Part shown: one piece after another, positions 7,981-13,603 of the stretch
Layout of the letters: every line of letters begins with the position of its first letter
Position numbering within the stretch: the stretch's first letter is position 1
DNA from: Gemmatimonadales bacterium
Lineage (GTDB): Bacteria > Gemmatimonadota > Gemmatimonadetes > Gemmatimonadales > GWC2-71-9
Reading direction: 5' to 3'
Assembly: GCA_041577295.1 (NCBI GenBank)
Contig: JBFGJG010000075.1
Coordinates: forward strand, 1-13,603
DNA length: 13,603 nucleotides
Program-made: the position numbers and the translations under genes
Notes under the pieces: generated by a model
Databases searched by the model: none
Told to the model about the DNA's origin: nothing
What the model saw: only the letters and a program-made list of their open reading frames with translations

Positions 7981-9368
7981 TTCGGGTCGGCCGGATTCCA
8001 GGCGTGGAGGGCGGCTCTCGCCTCAGCGGCTTCGCGCGCAAATGCACTGGCCTGCACGGGGTCGGCCGCCGCTAGGCGCGAGGCTTCAACCGCGCTGCGC
8101 AGCCAGCGATCGGCAAAGGCATAGTAGTCACGGTTTGGTCTCCCGTGCACGGTGTATTCGCGATCGGTTGCATCGGCCCAGGGTTGGGCGAGGTTGATCC
8201 GGCCGGCCACCGCGTCGAAGTACTCGGTGTTCTTGATGGGATAGGCAACCGTGGTGAAGAACACGTCGGGATTGGTTTTCACCACGTGGTGCACGGTCGC
8301 CTCGATATCGCTCACGGTCTCGCCATCGTAGCCCCACATGAGAAACATGCCGACCTGAATGCCGTGCCGCTTGGCTGCCGCAACCGCCCACTGCACCTGC
8401 TCCACGGTCACACCACGTTCCATCGCGTCGAGCACACGCTGGCTGCCACTTTCGGATCCAATCCAGATGCGCCAACAGCCCATCTCCGCCAGCGTCTCGA
8501 GCACCTCCTCTTTCATGAGCCGGTCGGCGCGTGAAATCGTCTCGAACGGCACCCGGAGTCCGCGACGCTTCAGCTCGTTTGCATAATTGAATAGCCACCG
8601 GTGGTGAATCGTGAACACGTCGTCCGCATACCAGACCTGATCCGGTCGATATGTCTCGAGAATCCACTGGAGCTCATCAGCGCAATCCAGATAATTGCGG
8701 CGCCGATGGGTGAAGCCAAACACTGCGTGCGAGCACCAGCGACAGCGGTACGGGCAGCCGCGCGCGGTAATCAGGTTGACGCTGCCCGCTCCGTGGTGCG
8801 TGCGCCAGACATCGACGTATCTGGAAATGTCGATCTGCTCGCGGTCCGGCCACGGCAGCGTATCGATGTCCTTGATCTGCTCGCGGGCCGGAGTTTCGAC
8901 GATGTGTCCCTCTTCGTTACGAAACACGATGCCTGCGACTTCATTGAGACGGTTCGGTCCCACCCGGGGCAGCACCGACAAGAGCTCGGCCATCGTCGCT
9001 TCGCCCTCGCCAACAACGATGATGTCGGCGCACTCACGTAGGTATTCGGCTGGATAATTGGCCGCCTCCGGCCCACCGAGCACGACGGTGCAGCCATGCC
9101 TTTGGGCGGCGCGACCGATATCGATCACGGGCTGGCGCGTCATCAGGGTGGTGTAGATCCCCACGACACCACCCCCCTCATCCTCGATGCGCTGCAGCAG
9201 TTCCTGGCGCGTGGCGAACGTGCTGTCGAAGACATCGACGTCGTACCCTGCGCGTCGCAGATACGCGGACACGTACAGAAGCCCCAACGGTGGATAGGGC
9301 TTCATGATCTGCTGCTCCTTCTCGTCCTCACGAAGGAGATACCCGTGGGTGAGTAAGACGTCACTCAT
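7977..9368 (-). CDS. B12-binding domain radical SAM protein, paralog B1
   Basis: MKPYPPLGLLY, VLGGP, IVVGEGE, LPWPDR, TARGCPYRCRWC, WYADDVF, IGSESGSQ, GYDGET, YPIKNT. Confidence 0.94.
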   Translation of the reverse strand: MSDVLLTHGYLLREDEKEQQIMKPYPPLGLLYVSAYLRRAGYDVDVFDSTFATRQELLQRIEDEGGGVVGIYTTLMTRQPVIDIGRAAQRHGCTVVLGGPEAANYPAEYLRECADIIVVGEGEATMAELLSVLPRVGPNRLNEVAGIVFRNEEGHIVETPAREQIKDIDTLPWPDREQIDISRYVDVWRTHHGAGSVNLITARGCPYRCRWCSHAVFGFTHRRRNYLDCADELQWILETYRPDQVWYADDVFTIHHRWLFNYANELKRRGLRVPFETISRADRLMKEEVLETLAEMGCWRIWIGSESGSQRVLDAMERGVTVEQVQWAVAAAKRHGIQVGMFLMWGYDGETVSDIEATVHHVVKTNPDVFFTTVAYPIKNTEYFDAVAGRINLAQPWADATDREYTVHGRPNRDYYAFADRWLRSAVEASRLAAADPVQASAFAREAAEARAALHAWNPADPN

Positions 9369-9377
9369 ATCATGTTC

Positions 9378-9383
9378 AGTATA
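9378..9383 (-). promoter_or_regulatory. Putative sigma70 -10 element (TATACT) for a leaderless or short-leader transcript of B12-rSAM B1
   Basis: TATACT on the minus strand lies 9 nt before the ATG at 9368, in a locally AT-rich patch. No Shine-Dalgarno sequence is visible. The -35 candidate (CTGGCG, 17-nt spacing) is weak. Confidence 0.5.
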
Positions 9384-9428
9384 CGAATCGGTGGTCGCGA
9401 CGCCAGGACGGTTGATGGGGGTTGCCTG

Positions 9429-9462
9429 ACAAATGAAACGGGCAGCCGCACGGGCTGCCCGT
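9429..9462 (-). terminator. Rho-independent terminator downstream of the lipoprotein gene
   Basis: Minus strand reads ACGGGCAGCC-CGTGC-GGCTGCCCGT-TTCATTTG: a perfect 10-bp GC-rich stem (9438-9447/9453-9462) with a 5-nt loop and U-rich tail, about 33 nt after the stop at 9496. Confidence 0.75.
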
Positions 9463-9495
9463 CGGGAGGGGACGAGCGAGACTGCGTGTGGATCC

Positions 9496-10263
9496 CTAGG
9501 TCACCACACCGCCCTGGTCGTGACAACCATCCAAACATGTCTTGAACGCCGCCAGAGCTGCTTCGAGACAATCGCGACGGGCCTTGTGATCGTGATGGAT
9601 CGCTTGGCACACGCCAATGGCCTTGACGAATTCGACCATGCAGTTGCTCCGGCACTTCTGCTCGGCGAACTTGCCATCGTCAAAGTGCTTATGCACCCAC
9701 AGCGTCAACAGGAACGTCTGAACCGGTGATCTGACTGTCGTGCCGTCGTAAAGGGGTGGCCCCTGCGGCACGGCTGCGCCCTCGGCCACGATGGTGACGA
9801 GGAGCGCATTGGCAGGTCGTTCGGGTGAGGCGAGCGCGGTTGATGATGCCTGTTGCAAGTCCCGCAGGATCTGATCGAGACTCGCACGGAATTCCCACCG
9901 GCCATCGGTCGCCTCAGCGAGGTCGAGCATGGAGCCGTGGAGGTCGGAGATTCTCGCGCCTGGTGAAACTGCCGTCATAAAATCTACATGTGCCTGCGCG
10001 AGCTCAGCGATCTCCGCATCCGACACCACAAACTCTTCGTAGCGACCGTCCGAGCTCCGCACGCCGACCCCTGACTTGATCAGCACGTTGCGGATGGCCT
10101 GATCCGCCGCGGCGGGTGTCGTTGCCGCCGCGAGCTCCGCAACGACCTCCGCAGTCGTCATGTCGATCTCGGCGGTGGGTACCTCGTTACAGCCGGACCA
10201 CACAGCCGCAGCTGCGATGATCCCCCAAACGGCTCCTGTTCGCTTCGTCGTGGCTACGCTCAT
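9496..10263 (-). CDS. Hypothetical lipoprotein (255 aa) with C-terminal six-cysteine domain ending CHDQGGVVT
   Basis: Shine-Dalgarno-like GGAGGGTGA before ATG 10263. Signal peptide MSVATTKRTGAVWGIIAAAAVWSG-C25 has a lipobox-like site (W at -3 is non-canonical). Ala-rich, probably helical body; C-terminal Cx3Cx10Cx12Cx10Cx3CH. The ORF-track extension to 10674 does not look protein-like. Confidence 0.8.
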   Translation of the reverse strand: MSVATTKRTGAVWGIIAAAAVWSGCNEVPTAEIDMTTAEVVAELAAATTPAAADQAIRNVLIKSGVGVRSSDGRYEEFVVSDAEIAELAQAHVDFMTAVSPGARISDLHGSMLDLAEATDGRWEFRASLDQILRDLQQASSTALASPERPANALLVTIVAEGAAVPQGPPLYDGTTVRSPVQTFLLTLWVHKHFDDGKFAEQKCRSNCMVEFVKAIGVCQAIHHDHKARRDCLEAALAAFKTCLDGCHDQGGVVT

Positions 10264-10480
10264 AGGCTCACCCTCCCACGGCTGCCGTCGGCGTCTAACG
10301 AGCCAGCCGGTTCCGAGATGGTAATGGACGCGTGGCGGCAGGACGACGGCAGCTCGGATGGTGCGATGAGGCCCCGCCACAACGACTGTGGCTAAAACGC
10401 AACACGCCCGCTCCGACAACAGGCTGTTGAGGTCCGCATTTTGTGAACCGAAACGGGCGCGCTTGGAAGCAAGATGGGTT

Positions 10481-10554
10481 GTTCCACAAAAGGGAACCCC
10501 CGGCGAGAGACTGCTGTTAACAGCCCAAGGTACCGCGTTGCACACCGATTGCAA
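10481..10554. promoter_or_regulatory. Cluster of dyad elements (possible operators) in the divergent intergenic region
   Basis: GTTCC-N7-GGAAC (10481-10497), perfect palindrome GCTGTTAACAGC (10513-10524) and TTGCA-N7-TGCAA (10538-10554). Confidence 0.35.
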
Positions 10555-10742
10555 TAGTGGCGCGCCCGCCATAGCGGGGTGCACTCGGACTGGCGCTTGC
10601 CGTTCGGTGCACGTTACACTTTTCATGTATAGGTGATGCCGTTCGTCCCGCCAGATCGAGCGGGCATTACTCAACCCCGCCGGTGAGGTCCCACATTGCG
10701 CCCGACGGACGCCACCACGATCCCCTACCTTGCCACAACGCG

Positions 10743-12203
10743 ATGACCATCGCGAGGCGCCGTCCCGTGTTGTTGGCTCACTCGTACTATCTCCAGTACG
10801 ACGAGAAGCAGCGGCGCAAAATGAAACCGTACCCTCCTTTGGCGACGCTTGGCACCGCCGCCCTGCTCCGTGAACAGGGGCACAACGTCGAGCTCTTCGA
10901 CGCGATGCTGGCTAATGGTATCGACGACTTTTTTGCAACCTTGGACCGGGTGCAACCGGCCATTGTGGGCATCGTCGAGGACAATTTCAACTTCCTCACC
11001 AAGATGTGCACGGTACGCATGCGCGAGGCGGCGCTCGACATGATCCGTGCGGCAGAAGCGCTTGGATGTCGCGTAGCGGTAAACGGCTTCGACGCAAGCG
11101 ACCATCCGGAATTCTACCTCGAGGCGGGGGCAGACGCGGTGATTCTGCGTGAGCCTGAGCAGGCGATGGCCGAGCTCGTAGCGCTTTGGGCAGCGGATTC
11201 GAGTGCCTCGCTAGATCACGTGCGCGGGCTGGCCCTGCCATCGCATAATCAGGTACAAGGGAACAATGGGTTTCGTCGTACCCCACCGAGCGATTTTCTC
11301 GACCGGTTGGATGCGCTGCCGTTTCCGGCGTGGGATCTCGTGGACATCGAACGCTACCGTGCGGCGTGGACTCGCGCTCACGGGCGTCTTTCGTGGAACA
11401 TGGTGACGTCGCGAGGCTGTCCGTACCGCTGCAACTGGTGTGCAAAGCCAGTGTTCGGGTCGCGCTATGCGCAACGCAGTGCTGACAACGTCGCCCAGGA
11501 ACTCGAACGTCTAAAGGAGGCTGTAGCGCCTGACCACATTTGGTTTGCCGACGACATCTTTGGGCTCACGAAGAAGTGGATTCACGATTTCGCACGGGCC
11601 GTCGTAGAACGGCAGATTCGCACCCCGTTCACGATGCAGTCTCGGGTAAACCTCATGAAGCCGTCGGTCGTTGCCGACCTCGCCGACAGCGGAGCCGAGG
11701 AGGTGTGGCTTGGTGTCGAGTCCGGGTCACAGCGCATCCTCGATGCGATGGACAAAGGGACGACGCTCGCTCAGATCCGTGAAGGGACCCGAACCCTCAA
11801 GGCACACGGCGTGCGGGCCTGTTGGTTCATTCAGCTCGGCTATTCGGGGGAGGAGTGGGAGGACGTCCTCCGTACGCGGGACCTGATCCGCGAGGAGTCT
11901 CCGGATGAGATTGGCGTGTCCGTCTCCTATCCTCTACCCGGCACCAAGTTCTACGAGATGGTGTCCGCCGAATTGGGCGCCAAGCGCAATTGGATCGATA
12001 GCGACGATCTCGCCATGCTGTTCCATGGCACATACGTCACCTCCTTTTACAAGAAAATCCGCGACCTGTTACATGACGAGGTGGACCGGCGCGGCGCGCA
12101 GAACGCCGACGAGCTGTCCGCCACGCTGGACGTCCGATGGGAGGAGCTCGAGCGGGTGGAGGCGGCAAATCGCTCGGACGCGCGGACGCCGTCGCCACGT
12201 TGA
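10743..12203 (+). CDS. B12-binding domain radical SAM protein, paralog B2
   Basis: MKPYPPLATL, LPFPAWD, TSRGCPYRCNWC, WFADDIF, GVESGSQ, GYSGE, YPLPGT. Start placed at ATG 10743 by alignment with the N-terminus of B1 (VLLAHSY vs VLLTHGY). Confidence 0.94.
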   Translation: MTIARRRPVLLAHSYYLQYDEKQRRKMKPYPPLATLGTAALLREQGHNVELFDAMLANGIDDFFATLDRVQPAIVGIVEDNFNFLTKMCTVRMREAALDMIRAAEALGCRVAVNGFDASDHPEFYLEAGADAVILREPEQAMAELVALWAADSSASLDHVRGLALPSHNQVQGNNGFRRTPPSDFLDRLDALPFPAWDLVDIERYRAAWTRAHGRLSWNMVTSRGCPYRCNWCAKPVFGSRYAQRSADNVAQELERLKEAVAPDHIWFADDIFGLTKKWIHDFARAVVERQIRTPFTMQSRVNLMKPSVVADLADSGAEEVWLGVESGSQRILDAMDKGTTLAQIREGTRTLKAHGVRACWFIQLGYSGEEWEDVLRTRDLIREESPDEIGVSVSYPLPGTKFYEMVSAELGAKRNWIDSDDLAMLFHGTYVTSFYKKIRDLLHDEVDRRGAQNADELSATLDVRWEELERVEAANRSDARTPSPR

Positions 12204-12210
12204 AACGCGA

Positions 12211-13494
12211 GTGGAGCACGTGGGCGCGGAAACGGCATCCCCGACCAACGTGGGACCGTCGAGGATTAGCGCTCGCTGGTTTCCAGCCTTGGTGGTGTGT
12301 TCCTCGCTGCTGTCCTCCAGCTTGGTAGCGCAGAGCACGAGTGCCCGAAGCGCGACTCTTGCTGGACGTCTTGCTGAGATCGGCTTCGAGAACGTTACGG
12401 TTCTGGTAGATGGCGGAGATCTCACCGCCACTTTCGAGAACAATGTCTATCGTTACGAGATCCGGGCGCTCGAGATAGCCCTCGACGCCCTCACGTCCGA
12501 TGCCGCTCCCGGCGCGACAGTAACGGTCATACAGCAGCAGCTCGCAATTCCCGTCGTACAGATTTCCGTGGCGGCCGATCGATACCGGGCCATGCGCCGC
12601 GGCGAGCTCGGACCGCACGAGAGTGCCCAGGTCATGCGGGTCTCGTTCGACAGCGATGCTCTCTGGTCGGACCTTCGGCATCGCCTGCGGGCGAATCGAT
12701 CGTTTCGGCGGATCGACATCGTGGCCCATCCGCAATTCAGAGCCCAATTTGGCGATTTTGACGAGCCCGTGCGGTCGCAGATCAACGTGACCCCTGAATT
12801 CTCCACCTCGCTGTGGCGCGGGATGCGCGTCGCCGTCCAGTTGATCTTTCCCCTACAGAACGAGCTGGACGAGGGTGGTGATTACGTTCGTCCCGGGCTG
12901 CTCACACTGAGTCAGTACTTTCGTCTTCCCGGATCGACCTTTGTGGTTGGAAGCGTCGGATACTTCACACAGGATCGGTACGGGATCGACGTGCAAGCAA
13001 GGAAGTACTTTGCCAACGGTCTGTGGGCGATGGGAGGCAACGTCGGGTACACAGGGCGGGCAAGCCGCGTCGACGGCGGTTGGGAATACGAAGCGCCTGA
13101 TCTAGTCACCTTCTTCGGCGACGCGGAGTACTGGTTCGCCCCGTTCGACGTACGGTTGAGTGCAGCAGCTGGCCGTTTTGTTTTTGAGGATTGGGGTATC
13201 CGAGTTGATGTGCTACGCCGGTTTGGCGAGGTCGATGTGGGATTCTTTGCCCTTGAAACCGAGCGCGGCTTCAATGCAGGGGTCAATTTCGCGGTTCCGC
13301 TGCTCCCTCGGAGGGCGCTCGTTGCAGGCCGTGTTCGGATGCGGCCGGCCCGTATCTTCCGGTGGGAGTACCGCTATCATGGCTTCCCCATTAGCGGGAT
13401 TCGCTACCGCACCGGGGCTGGGATCGACGATTTGGTAGGCAGGCTACGGCCCGCCGAGGTCAAAAGCCAGCTCACACACCAGCGGAGTCCGTAA
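12211..13494 (+). CDS. YjbH-domain outer-membrane protein (exopolysaccharide/group 4 capsule YjbH/GfcD-like)
   Basis: Signal peptide (RISARWFPALVVCSSLLSSSLVA-Q), then L..IGFENV...FENNVYR, and ANRSFRRIDIVAHPQ...TSLWRGM..., GYF..DRYG, GRF...DWG.R.D..RRFGEV.VG with alternating beta-strand pattern, which I recognise as YjbH-domain-like. The start is uncertain (GTG 12211, 12220 or 12250); the ORF-track start at 11905 overlaps B2. Confidence 0.75.
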   Translation: MEHVGAETASPTNVGPSRISARWFPALVVCSSLLSSSLVAQSTSARSATLAGRLAEIGFENVTVLVDGGDLTATFENNVYRYEIRALEIALDALTSDAAPGATVTVIQQQLAIPVVQISVAADRYRAMRRGELGPHESAQVMRVSFDSDALWSDLRHRLRANRSFRRIDIVAHPQFRAQFGDFDEPVRSQINVTPEFSTSLWRGMRVAVQLIFPLQNELDEGGDYVRPGLLTLSQYFRLPGSTFVVGSVGYFTQDRYGIDVQARKYFANGLWAMGGNVGYTGRASRVDGGWEYEAPDLVTFFGDAEYWFAPFDVRLSAAAGRFVFEDWGIRVDVLRRFGEVDVGFFALETERGFNAGVNFAVPLLPRRALVAGRVRMRPARIFRWEYRYHGFPISGIRYRTGAGIDDLVGRLRPAEVKSQLTHQRSP

Positions 13495-13603
13495 CGAGAG
13501 GCCGAGCGGCCTCGGACCTTCCGCGAACCGACGCCGCGGCATACCCTACAGCCAATCGCCAACTGGACGGTATCTACGCCTCAGAACGAGTCCTCATTTC
13601 AGC

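Noticed and set aside
10264..10674. 137-aa N-terminal extension of the lipoprotein ORF (including RRRR as a possible Tat motif) and ORFs 10295..10489 and 10388..10636 as precursor peptides
   Set aside because: The composition is not protein-like, and the SD plus signal peptide point to ATG 10263. The small ORFs have no convincing RBS or leader/core pattern, although a small peptide cannot be fully excluded.
10476..10680. Possible cobalamin riboswitch (GGTT...AAAAGGGAACCCCCGGCGAGAG) upstream of B12-rSAM B2
   Set aside because: Only the AGGGAA-like seed matches. I could not find the following stem, the GCCACTG element or a B12 box. An Infernal search with RF00174 would settle it.
2282..12203. 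Annotating the B12-rSAMs as bchE or as hopanoid methylases (hpnP/hpnR/hpnJ)
   Set aside because: These are common family-level auto-annotations. No photosynthesis or hopanoid genes are in the window, so no gene symbol is supportable.
4051..13438. Long antisense or alternate-frame ORFs (e.g. 4051..4662, 6902..7546, 7297..8124, 8128..8667, 12037..12747)
   Set aside because: They lie mostly or wholly within motif-bearing genes and have no recognisable domains, as expected from stop-codon scarcity at high GC.
13498..13513. Hairpin GAGGCC-GAGC-GGCCTC just after the YjbH stop
   Set aside because: The stem is only 6 bp with no U-tract, too weak to call a terminator.
1..13603. CRISPR arrays, tRNA/rRNA genes, IS elements, integrases or long tandem repeats
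   Set aside because: None seen on reading; nearly all the sequence is accounted for by the 11 CDSs.

Overview
GC-rich bacterial DNA, probably from a diderm (it encodes a lipoprotein and a YjbH-type outer-membrane protein). The window is almost entirely one compact gene cluster that I cannot match to a characterised pathway. Order: GT4 glycosyltransferase (-, runs off the left edge, absent from the ORF track); NTP_transf_5-type nucleotidyltransferase (+); B12-binding radical SAM A1 (-); radical SAM with Twitch/SPASM-type C-terminus (-); HemK/PrmC-like NPPY methyltransferase (+); B12-rSAM A2 (+); class I SAM methyltransferase (-); B12-rSAM B1 (-); a 255-aa predicted lipoprotein with a symmetric Cx3Cx10C-x12-Cx10Cx3CH tail and its own terminator (-); B12-rSAM B2 (+); YjbH-domain outer-membrane protein (+). 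Seven of the 11 genes encode SAM-dependent enzymes, five of them radical SAM. The four B12 enzymes form two paralogous pairs, each mirrored across a divergent intergenic region. No scaffold-building enzyme (NRPS, PKS, terpene cyclase) and no classic short RiPP precursor is visible. The best working hypothesis is a cell-envelope tailoring system whose substrate is either the Cys-rich lipoprotein (or a cofactor it carries) or a surface glycan/glycolipid. Family calls come from motifs read by eye; no searches were run.
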